A DNA stretch of 64,000 nt, taken from the NCBI RefSeq assembly GCF_964204645.1, contig NC_134029.1, positions 15,680,950 through 15,744,949 of the forward strand. Direction: 5' to 3'. The notes under the pieces were generated by a model. The model made no database searches. It saw only the letters and a list, made by a program, of their open reading frames with translations, and was not told where the DNA came from. Positions 34,950 to 45,964 of the stretch are shown here, in pieces; the stretch's first letter is position 1; every line of letters begins with the position of its first letter. A program made the translations under genes and the position numbers. This stretch comes from Tubulanus polymorphus (Eukaryota; Animalia; Nemertea).

Positions 34950-35574
34950 TTACTCTTTACGCCAGTTTTTATGTTTAATTGTTTCATAATGCTTTGATTT
35001 ATGTGATTTTAAATATTTACCTCCGCAATAACAATGCACTTTTTCATTAGGATTGAATTTTCTCAAATTCATCATCTAAATTACATTGAACTGCAATATC
35101 TTTAAATGATTTTTCATTATCTAATTCACATTGAATTCCAATATTTGAGGAATTTTCATTATAGATAATTTGTTTATTATCAAAATTGAAATAATATAAT
35201 TGTCTTCTTTCAATTCTTAAGTCAATCAAATCATTGTAATCTTTTGAAAGTATTATATCATCATTTCTTTCATTGAAAGGAGTTTTAAGAATATTAATTA
35301 TGTTTTCATCTAAAGTTCCTTTAAAATTTAAAACTGTATTGAATATTTTAGGATTTTTAACGCCATTATCAAAAGTATCTACTAGTTCAGTAAGTAAATA
35401 TGTTTCATTTGATAATATTTGATTAATCATAGTAATATTATCGATTTTATAATGTCTTGCGGACACTAAATTTGTTGCTGAAATATAATTTTTAATGTAA
35501 AACTGTGAAAATGATTTATTGGTTTCATTGATTTCGATTTTAAAGTTGGGTTCTTCTTCTTCTTCTGTCTTCAT
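34950..35574 (-). pseudogene. Mirror copy of ORF1 with a +1 frameshift at ~35064 that removes the zinc finger
   Basis: Left GAATTTAGAAAA versus right GAATTTGAGAAAA; protein ends DDEFEKIQS*. Confidence 0.65.
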
Positions 35575-38500
35575 TTTAATAACAAAACTTTTATTAAAAT
35601 GAATCCAACACATATAAATATAAATATTCAATGTTTTAAATATGAATTATTTCACTCACACTTTACTCACACTTTAATGTTTAAAAATCTAACTCATACA
35701 AATATAAATATTGAAATATGTTTAAAATATAGACTATTTCACTCACACTATACTCACACTTTTATATTCTTTTAGTTATCCATCTATTTTACTTATATTT
35801 TTACTCGAAATCTGTTAAAATATGAATTATTTCACTCACACTTTACTCACACTTTTTCTAGCGAGTAGAAAATGAAAAATAAATTCGTGACCAATTGATT
35901 TAATACAATATGCTTTTTATATTATTGATATCTTAGAATAAATATTTAGTTTTGATTTAAAATGCACGCGGTTATGAAAATATATTATAGTTTTTTAATT
36001 ACTTTTAATATTTTGTTTTTTTATGAGCTCGACCTTTCGACCTTTGGTATGAAAGCCCATTACCCCTATTACTAGCGTCGCCACAGCTACTTGACATAGA
36101 CGGTGACGTTTGCCACCACATTCACAATTCCGTTAAAAACTTCTGTTCACACTTCGACACGATCGCCGAGAAACTAGCCGACGATATGCACACCGATTTC
36201 AAATATAGTCCAGACCTTCGTGATGCACTGGCCGAATTGTGTCAAATACTGGGAATCCCGTATGTCATCCCAGCCCAGCGCATTCCCCACCGCTGGTTGT
36301 CGGCATTTGACGTAACTGTTAAAAGCCTAAAGATCATCGAAGGGCTTTCCCTGTTTTATTTCACTTGGATACCTGAGAAGGCGAATTACCAAGAATTGAT
36401 TGTTAACATTCTCAGATCCGTTCCGGCAAATGCAAGAAAAAGGGTCTACGAAATCATCGGCGAGTTAAAAAAGAAAGATTTGACCTCTGATGGACGGAAC
36501 AGAAAAATGCGCATTGTAGATAAACTGTTTTTCAAGCGACGTGAAACCCTGATCATCATGTATTTTTACTCGCGAGTTCTTCCGTTATTCAAGTCGTTCG
36601 TTTTGGCATTCGAGAGTAGTGAGCCAAAAATGCACAAACTGCACGATAAACTCTGTGATCTAATGAGCCATTTTCTCTGTTGTTTTCTGAAACATGAAAC
36701 AGTATCTGGATTGTCAGCACGGAAACTGCTCACGCTAGACTGTACAAAAAACTACCTACCCGTTAATGAGATGTACGTCGGAGAGGAGGCAAAGCGATTG
36801 TTGGCAAAGTGTGATGTAACTGATCGCAACAGAATACTGTTAAAAATTCGAGGTGCATATACTGAAGCAGCAACGTATCTACAGAAAAAGTTACCGCTGG
36901 AGAACAAAGTTCTACGTTACATGTCTGCATTGGACCCTGAGGCCATGGGTCATTCGGATACGTGCACTGCTCTGAAGAGACTTGTGGCTTTCTTTCCTAC
37001 CGTAATCATGCCAGATGACCTTGATAGCCATGATTCTTACAAGTTAGAGTGCAGCAAGTTACAGTCAGACAAAACACTTCCACCTTGTGATGAAAACACT
37101 CGCCTTGACACGTGGTGGACAGACATCTTCAAAACGAAGAAATATCCTACACTGGCGAAGATTGTCAAAGCAGCAATTAGCGTCTTTACTGCACCTCGCA
37201 TTGAGCAATCGTTTTCAGCTATGAATGACTTGATCGATAAGAAGTCAAACCGGATGGCCACTTCAACGTATGCCGCTATACAGAACGTAAAATACAACCT
37301 GAAGTCACGCCAGACAACAACTCTTGAACTCTATCACCGAGAAAACATTCCCCAAAGTCCAGTAAACCGAGACATGGTGTAACACATGCAAACAGCTTGT
37401 GGCCGTCACAAGCGGCAACGGCAGGAGAAGCAACAAGCTCAGCTGGCAAAGAAACGAAAATTAGGACTAGATTCCATGGTAGCAACTGCTCCTGTTCTGT
37501 TACGACCAAAGATTGTATCCAGGAATAAGTCGAAGTCAATTGTTCGAAAACGAGCCACATTGTCAACTGCAGGTAGCCGACGAACCGTACATGAACTTGC
37601 CAAAGAGGCAAAACAGCGAATTATGAAAGCGGTCTTGGCGAAAAATAAGAGAAAAAACTAAAATGTTTACCGTGGTTAGTATGTTCCGTTGTTCGTATCG
37701 TTTTCACAGTCATTGAAGAAGGCATTTTCCATAATGAATAATAAAATGATAAATCATAGTTGACAAAATATGTGAATAAGTGTTTATTTTTTAATTTTCG
37801 TAATTTATTTCTGAACGCAAATTCCTTACTGAACACATTGATGCATAATATTCACGGATAAATTGATTATTAACGAAATTTTAAATATTTCCTTGCCAAC
37901 TAAGCGCTCAAGCGCTACGATCTTGAATTTGTGAGCGTTCATCGGCGCATTTGAACTGCAATAATTCAGGACTCGACCCGTAATGCGTGAGAAGATGCTG
38001 ATCGTCAACGAATGAGGATGTACCACATTGGAAATAGCCATTACCTTCCAGAATATAATAAGTTGTTCGTGGGTTCACGATCGCTCTAAGTGCTCGGAAA
38101 ACGCTTCTAATTTCTGAAATTTTCTTGGGGGGAGGGACCCCCAGACCCCCCGAAATGGCTTCGCGCCTTCGGCGCTCGCAAGTTTGTGTATGTCAATAAA
38201 TACTTCCGGATATAGCTAAGCTAGGTGCTGGCAACACTGATTCCGGGTACCGTTAATGGAAAGATGCATGCGGTGCCTTGTTGGTACAGGGTATCCCCGC
38301 GAGACAAAAAGGGTTATTATTCATAGTGAAAATAAAGAAATTCCGAGTTATTGGAAAAATCCCCAATTCCACGTTTCCAGAAATGACAACACCGCTTAAA
38401 GACCTACTCGGACTTTTGAAAAAGTTCTTCCAATGCTCGATCTTCCCATTTAAAACATAAAAATCCTGAAGCTCCAGTACTTTCCATTGATATCATTGTA

Positions 38501-39220
38501 CCGTATGTGCCTTTTCTTGAAAGGGTTTAAGTCCCACTTCACTAATTTTTAAGTACAATAGTAAAATAAAATATAACTGCAAAGCAGCGATAACGGGTTT
38601 TCTGACTAGTTGGTTGAAATATCGTACTTTGATTTGGTCGAAATCAATCTTAAATCAGTAGATAAATGACAGTTTTCTATACGAGCGCCATCGAGGGACC
38701 AGCACTAATAGCGGATAGAGATTAATGCGCTTCGCGAAATACAAAGAACTCTATGTACCAAGTACATTAAAGTTAAGTCAAAATAGGATAACGAAGATGT
38801 AGTAATAGATATCATGAGCTACAATTTCTCAATTTTCGAATTGATTGGTGGTAAAAATCGGTCAAAGTGTCATCAACATTTCCCATTCAAAACCTCTGCA
38901 AAAGTGCTGATTTTGCCGAACTGGACACATGTCGGCAATCTTGATTCTGATCTGTCTGTAGATTAAGGTTATAAACATACATAACAAACAATTAAGATCA
39001 TACATAAAAGCGTAACGAAAACTTCCCAAAAAGGCTAATAAAACTCTATTTGTTTTGAAATAGTGATCATAGAACAGATTAATAGGATGTTCAAACATGT
39101 TCAATAAATATGTCCAACCATAATTCGACAGTTGATGAGTAGGCTCTATCGAGATATATTTGCAATTATATCCATGAAACGACTTAAGATCCTTCATGCA
39201 ACTAAGTTGAATAAATATAA

Positions 39221-39430
39221 GCTCCGTAAAATGGCAAGGAGCGGTCTAGTGGCGGGGTTTCGTAACGTGGCCATTAGGTTCGAATCCCTTCCGGGGAGGA
39301 TTGTTTTGACGAATTATCAAACAAAATAAAATCGGCCTTTATAGGACGCTTAGCCTATTAGACGTGAATGTGGTTATAGGCAAAGCTAAGACAAATGATT
39401 TTCAACGGGCCGAAAGGCATGAAGCCACAC
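39221..39430 (+). mobile_element. tRNA-derived SINE-like sequence
   Basis: A-box-like GGAGCGGTCTAG (~39238) and B box GGTTCGAATCC (39277-39287); no complete cloverleaf; boundaries approximate. Confidence 0.45.
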
Positions 39431-40329
39431 GAAATCTTGTTTGAACAGTTTCCTGGTTTTAAAACCTGGTAGTGAAACAAATTGAGTCGTATATCTAGTT
39501 ATATTTGGGTAGATATGCATCACCCAAATACATAAACAGGGTAGGAAGATTAACTATATACCTACGTCAATGATACCGACTTGTAAATCAAGTGAAATTT
39601 GTTTGAAATGTTTTCCAACTACATTTTTCACTGTTGTGGGTGAACTTGTATCCGGGTCAGCAGGCTGGATCGGTTACTTTTTTCATTTCCCTTTTACAGT
39701 TTGCGGGATCAAATAGACTCCATTATAGTCGGTATCGGCATTTTCTTCGATACATTCGAAGATTGATTTCACTTTTCCCGATTGGATATACTCGGAGCAA
39801 TCGTTTTTTTTTTAATGTTGCAGAGACCAAGCTCGAGGTCGTCGGGTGAACTCATGAATTTAGGAATTATCAATAAAGGAATGGCGAATCTTTTAGTTCG
39901 GTGTCTGTATTTTCGTCGCGAGATTAATTCGACGAATAAATTTCAAAAAAGTCTAGCCTACGCACGCAGAGCGCTATATTGATAAGAGTTTTTATTACTG
40001 ATTAGTAGTAGAGAGGATAAAGTTTTTGTTTAAGTGGATAAATCACGACGATTACGATAGGATTTTCTTTGAAACAACAGAAAACCATAATAGCGTACTG
40101 ATAAATGATGAACTTAAATTCTAATCTACTGTGGGATATGAAAAATACCGTGTTAAGTTTGTGATGAAGTCTATCTAGTACAAACAGATCGAAATCTCAA
40201 CCAATTTGTATAAGAACATTAATGAAAAGTGCATTTGCAAATTTTTTTAACATCTCACAACTCTGACTTCGTACACTTAAACCAAATTAATTTATCCCTG
40301 TAATAACAGAATTAAATAGACACACTTTA

Positions 40330-40647
40330 AGCCGGGCATAGGTCGACCTCGCGATTAGACACGATCGTCGCGTTGCGTCACAAGTGGGGGTGTAAGTCGG
40401 TTGCGATGTGATTTCCAGCGACTGTGTGCGACTAGTTGCTCCCAGTCGCAAGAGCACGTAGGTCGGTTGCGACGGTCGCAGAACGTAGAACATGTGCGAC
40501 TCATTGCAACTGTCGTCGCTGCAAGTCGCAACCCGTCGCTGGCAGTCGCAAGGTAGCGTAGGTCGGTGAGTCGTTGTGACGCGATCGTCACTGGCGGTCG
40601 CAGTGAATCGCGTCGCAGTGAGTCGGAAGGCCGATCTATGCCCGGCT
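40330..40647. mobile_element. PIF/Harbinger-type MITE
   Basis: TIRs AGCCGGGCATAG(G/A)TCG; TTA TSD at 40327-40329 and 40648-40650; internal GTCGCA repeats. Confidence 0.8.
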
Positions 40648-41655
40648 TTAAGAATTCTTGACAACTCTGAAAACTGCGGTATTCTTGACAATGGTTTTCT
40701 CCTCATAAACTTATTTGAATGTTATATTTCTCGGCAATAAGGGTAAAACCCTTGTGTATCCTTTGATCCATTGTTTCTTTCCTTGCTTTCGTTTATATTT
40801 TTCACTCATTTATCGCCATTCGCTCTTCTGTGACAGTGGTATTATTGAGTTTCAACAGCAGTCTCAATTCATAGGCAGTGCTGCCATCTTCTAACGATAT
40901 CATAAACTATTCCGCATTCATTATCCAACTCATTCAACAGTGCCATCTTTCGTGATAAAACTTTCGAACTTTGTTCCAGCGTCAGCTTTCATATAACTTT
41001 TTGTACTGAGATTGAACCTTAGGAAAATTACGACTAATGCGCGTCAGTTGCTCGTAAGTATTTGCTTCTGCGAGCAACGACTACCGCTGAAGAACATAAT
41101 TCAAAGTTAATGTTACATTTTTCTGGGAAACTGTCACGTATAATGTCCTTTTGTGATTATTTCGGTTGAATAATGATATTTTTATGGGCAACGCTGTTGC
41201 GCTAACGACAAATTAACGGGCTTTGGCAATGTCGTTCGCTAATGAGATGGGTTGGAGAATTGACTATATATACTGGGGTTTTTGGACCGTGGGGGAGACC
41301 GCTAGAAATATTTAGATCGTTGAGATCAGTTCGTGAAATAAAAGTTATTTTGAAGACAGGAACTCGTTTATTCTTGGACGTTTGTTAACATTCTATCACT
41401 CAAGTGGAATTCAAAGATCCCGTTAGTGACACTTCTTATATTCACATTTGTTGTAATTTGCCCCTTTATTTTCATTTGTTAATAAGTGTTCTTTAATGTA
41501 ATACCCCTCTTGATTACTTAATTTGTCTCTTTGCTCTTGGAAAATATCCCATATTTCTGTTTTTGTTAGCTTGTTTAGAATGCATTTGCCGATGGACAAG
41601 TCGGCATTGTAGGATCGGAAGGAAACCATGGTTAATTGCATCATGTATTCTACAG

Positions 41656-41775
41656 ATATCGACGAATGTTCCATGGAGCAACGTGTTTGTCAACAAAAAT
41701 GTGTTAACTCCCAGGGAAGCTACACGTGTGGATGTCAACTGGGTTTTGTAGTTTCCATTGATGGCAGATGCAAAG
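41656..41775 (+). CDS. FBN: Fibrillin-like gene, cbEGF exon
   Basis: cag|...|gtaaga, 120 bp, phase 1: (D)IDECSMEQRVCQQKCVNSQGSYTCGCQLGFVVSIDGRCK. Confidence 0.85.
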
Positions 41776-42601
41776 GTAAGACTGAACATTTACCAAAATA
41801 GACATGATAATCAGAATATTGAGAAAACATCCATTTCGGTAAATGCCTATTGTTTTCCATCATTAGATAATGTTATATCATCACAGATTTTTTACTCTTA
41901 GGTTCAGGAGAGAGGGCTTGGCGTGAGAAACGAAAACGTACGTTTTCACAAGTAGTGATTTCTGGAATACAAATTTTAATTTTAGAAATTGTAATAGTTC
42001 CTATAATACGTTCCCTGTAAAAAAAAACATAAAATGCATGCGTGGGAAACGCCAGTCTGGTAAAAGAAAAAACGCGTGCCCCCCCCCCCCCCCAATTCAT
42101 CACATAGCTGGAGAGAGCGTCATCCTGGGTTGAAGGGTGAGATACGATAATTTTTCTGTAACTACCTTATAGCCTAGATCGATGATAATTAACCCAGAAC
42201 CGTTACCAGAGGTTACGCCTGATAATGGCGGTGTTTCCCATGCCGATGATTACAGGGCTTCTCACAACAGGGATCCTGAAACATCCGACAAAAAGGAGAT
42301 TGTCGAAACCGATGATCAAAAGACTGCCTTGAAGCTTTTGAACAAGTCGTTTTCAAGAAAATTGGAACGCGAATCCATCAATCTACCAAACTTTTTGCTA
42401 CCTTTTCGGCACAAATTATTTAAATACGGAATTAATTTATTTTTCATCCCATTAATGGTGATATAAATTTAAGCGTTTACAATATGCTATACATTTTGAC
42501 GCAATGAAGGATCCCAGCAATCCTTATGCTGTACACTCCGTGGCCGAGACCTTGAATAAAGAGTAGCAAAAAAGAAAAAAGGAAGAAAGAAGGTAAAGAT
42601 A

Positions 42602-42646
42602 ACGATGATGATGATGACGACGACGCCGACGACGACGACGACGACG
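42602..42646 (+). repeat. (GAT/GAC)n microsatellite
   Basis: Directly visible. Confidence 0.8.
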
Positions 42647-43566
42647 TAGAATTGACAGAGATGAGAATTCCCCGCTGTAATTCCGGGCTCACCCCTTAAT
42701 GCGTGAGATGCTGATTGTCATCGTATGAGATGTGCCACATAGGGAATAGCCATTACCTTCCAAAATATAAAAGTCGTTCATGATTTCAAGATCGTTCTAA
42801 GTGCTAACACATTTAATTTCTAAAATCTTCCCGGGGTTCATGATAGTGGTTCATAATGGATTTACCACTTAAATTTCGTCTCAGGACAAAATTATTTCTA
42901 AAGATTTTCATATTCCATAGATAAACTTCGGTTTTTATACACAGTCCCCTGGATACCCAACAATGAATATTTTCAAGGGCACTTTGATCAGAGTTATTAA
43001 ACCGATTAACAAATCTTTAAGTAGATTTAAGTAGATTGCTTAGTAGTTTCTTACAGGAACATAGTAGATGAAATGGTTTTTGATCTATCATTACCAAGGT
43101 AGATGTTTCTGAAGGAATCTGACGTTGAAATAACTTTTCATACCACTTTCCTTATCCAAAAGCGTAGAGAAAACTTTATCTTTATCAAGGTTAGCAAGCA
43201 TATATTCTGGAACAGTCTTTTTAAATACCATTCATAGTTCCGCATGCAGTTTGCTTACAAAATCTAATATTTCATATTTATCTCGGTGGGCAGGTTAAGC
43301 CGAACATTTCAGTGGACCATTTAAGGCCGCTTCCGCCACCTACAATGCATAGACCCTAAGTAATTAAAACCTGATGGGGATGCAAAATCTATTTGTTTTA
43401 TCTACATATATGGTTATTATGATATAATGTATCTATGACATCATTAACATCATAATCCTTAGATAAATATAAAGGTTCTAATGTAAAATGTTTTATAATA
43501 ATGTTTGTTTTATGAAATTTAATTAAATCAGATACATTTATTTTCAGATTATTATCTCTTTCTATT

Positions 43567-43765
43567 ATAAGATAAAAACCCACTATCTACAGGTGTGACA
43601 CAAACACCTGACGATGATCTCTAGGGTGAGATCGAAACGTCGTGTATTTCGTATATTTTAGATTGTTCGAATTGATGAATTTCTTGTTTTTAAATTCTTT
43701 TGATTTGTAGATAGTGGGTTTTTATCTTATTATCCGTTCACCACGTTTGAGTCTGGTTATCGTTC
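43567..43765 (+). mobile_element. Penelope-like element fragment with 5' inversion
   Basis: 14-bp TSD TATCTCTTTCTATT (43553-43566, 43766-43779), 25-bp inverted repeat 43567-43591/43706-43730, hammerhead motif inside. Confidence 0.65.
43604..43645 (+). ncRNA. Minimal type I hammerhead ribozyme (Penelope type)
   Basis: acac-CTGACGA-t-gatctc(tagggt)gagatc-GAAAC-GTC-gtgt: core boxes, stem II, stem I and vestigial palindromic stem III. Confidence 0.65.
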
Positions 43766-43840
43766 TATCTCTTTCTATTTTTCGTATTGCTTCATTGTAA
43801 CAGGAAAATTATCGATTTTCAAATGGTTTATAATGTGTTA

Positions 43841-44261
43841 AACGCGCTTCCGCTCACTGATTATCGCCTTTCATATTCCTCTCTTTGTTTTCAACTGATT
43901 ATCCCCCAGTTTGTCCTCACATTTTTATCACTTAAGTTTGTGTCTTTTGTTTATAGATTACTCTAATCTGTATTGCCCCCTGATTGCTATTGGTTACGTT
44001 ACTATTGTTTTCCAACCGTTATGTCATTACTTTAATCTGTTCCCCTTTCAACTTTTCAATCACTCACTCGGTTCTATTGTTTTGTTTTTGTATAAATATC
44101 TCGTAATATTCTCCTGTTCTAAGTACGCCTAATGATGGCTTTAGCCGAGACGTTGCGCAAATATATTTTCTCTTATTCATGTTTCTCGTTTTGGCTATAT
44201 TTATTGTGGGATTTCTCGCGTTTATTCATCATACACGGATATTGTGTTTTCTTCTCCTCTC
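43841..44261 (+). mobile_element. Second Penelope-like fragment with degenerate hammerhead at 44126-44157
   Basis: 14-bp TSD TTTATAATGTGTTA (43827-43840, 44262-44275); cgc-CTAATGA-tggc(ttta)gcc-GAGAC-GTT-gcg has two core mutations. Confidence 0.5.
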
Positions 44262-45964
44262 TTTATAATGTGTTATTCAATAAGCATGTTGATTACAATC
44301 TTCAACTGGATGCATACAAGAAATAATAAACCATAGAAAACATCATCAGAATTGTGTACACTTATAACAGCGTTATTTCTAAATGGTAATTTAATATAGC
44401 ATTATGTATTTATATTATCATCTTTAAAATATAAATTATTTTCATCAATAGCTTTTGATTTGTTTGATTCATTTTATTTTGTATTATAGACATGTAAAGT
44501 CATGAATATTATTTCATAAAATAAATACCCAGATCCTTAAAAATATCGGCCCTGCAATTTTATTCTTAACATTATCATAACATATCTTCGATTTGCTGTG
44601 TGTATGTTGTTTTGAAAAAAAAAATCAAACTGATGACAACTTATCTTTGAAAATTCTAATAATTATTTTCATGATATTTCCCATAATTTCAAAACATGTT
44701 TAATTTTTTTCTAATGTTTTACCTTTGTAAAATTTAGATTCGATAACTGCTGGGCCAATATTAGATTTAAACGCTTCAATTATCTCTATACCTTTTTGAT
44801 ATCCAATAAATTGCTTTAATTTCTTACATTTTGCAGAAACGATTTTTTATTTTCTAATTTTTTTATTTAATTTTATTTCTTATCTATCATCATCATATTC
44901 TGATTTTGATTTATTTTCTGAATGTGTCATAGATTCATTATGTCTATAATTTTTAGATTTAGCTATATTAATTTTACATATTGGACAGTAGTATTTCTTA
45001 CGGTGTTGTCATACTGCAGGATGAATGATTCGCGGAATTTAAAAAAAACACAGAATTTAAAATCATATTTAGAAAGCATATAACATCTGTTTATATTATA
45101 TTTAGAAAGATATTATGCATTATAGAATTATTTCTAATTGCAATATTATAGGTTGAAAATTATTTTGTTGAGAGATTGTATAATTTAGTTTTCAGGCTAG
45201 AGGGTGGGATACTGATTACATTACAAAATTGTTTTTGCATAATCTTATATTCTGAAATATTATATAGATTATAATATGATAGGTTTAATATTATTTTGTT
45301 GAGAGATTGTATAATGTGGTTTCCTGGCTAGAGGGAGAGAGAATGAGCAAAACAATTATAATAAGTAATTGAAAATTCTGAATACATTATAAAAACGGTA
45401 TAAGAGTGGGTTAAGAATGGATTTGAAATATACTCATGAAAACTTTGATAGCGTGGAAACGCCATCTTGAAATCACACTCGATATCGGTATAAATAAAGC
45501 GGGCTTAATATGAATCGAATCACGTCGGATCTTATGTGAACGGGACTAAATTGCAATTCACTAGCATAACACCTAGTTTCTTCAAATCGCAGAAATGCAG
45601 AAACGTAGAAACTGTTAATTTTACGGACAATGTTAAGGATTCATAAGAGCTGCCTGTTGTCAGTAACCCGAAGCTGCATGCAAACATATTTTTACTACAG
45701 CTGCACACAAACGAATTGGACCTTCGAACTCACTCACACTGCTTCCTCGTTTACGATTTTTAGGCTCGTTGCTGAGAAAATTTTAAAAAATTTGCTAATG
45801 TCAGCGGGCTATTTATACCACAAGTGTCGTTCATTGTTTATCTGTTAATCTGTAGCTGGAAACGCTTGCAAATTGATTTAAGTGTCTATGTGAGAGAAAG
45901 AATATTTCGATTTTTCAACGAATCTTTAAAAAACCAGCAAGTGTTACATCTTCGATATGATGAG

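Larger units (their letters stand above)
30701..36073. mobile_element. Fully palindromic non-autonomous element with Polinton termini (candidate Polinton satellite)
   Basis: Ends AGTAATAGGGG/CCCCTATTACT; 6-bp TSD AGCGTC (30695-30700, 36074-36079); arms 30701-33321 and 33452-36073 are near-identical inverted copies; first ~180 bp match the outer arm of the Polinton TIR. Confidence 0.92.
29754..37661 (+). pseudogene. hAT-like transposase, split at 30700/36080 and with in-frame stops at 29952 and 37380
   Basis: BED-like finger (CLICKE..H..KH), SINTDEC, LSDSTNYMRG, DVCHHIHN (CxxH) restored across the empty site, RWLS, and C-terminal IEQSFSAM dimerisation motif; all fragments are in one frame once the insert and one TSD are removed. 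Confidence 0.9.
29263..38239 (+). mobile_element. hAT-superfamily DNA transposon with 6-bp TSD (hAT6-like), interrupted by the palindromic element
   Basis: 12-bp TIR CAGTGTTGCCAG / CTGGCAACACTG; TSD ATTCCG at 29257-29262 and 38240-38245; transposase inside. Confidence 0.88.
43398..45000 (-). pseudogene. Old Polinton pPolB N-terminal fragment, highly decayed, with two retro-insertions
   Basis: IKHFTLEPLYLSKDYDVNDVIDTLY, EAFKSNIGPAVIE and KYYCPICK match 19200-20430 of the main Polinton. Confidence 0.8.

Noticed and set aside
30701-36073. Palindrome as an assembly fold-back artefact
   Set aside because: TSD on both sides, in-frame resumption of the hAT transposase, a unique spacer and arm-specific variants argue against it, though read-level confirmation is still needed.
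39221-39300. Functional tRNA gene
   Set aside because: A/B boxes are present but there is no convincing cloverleaf; better explained as a SINE head.
40287-40706. 139-aa and 78-aa ORFs
   Set aside because: They lie across a GC-rich MITE with internal repeats and have no protein motifs.
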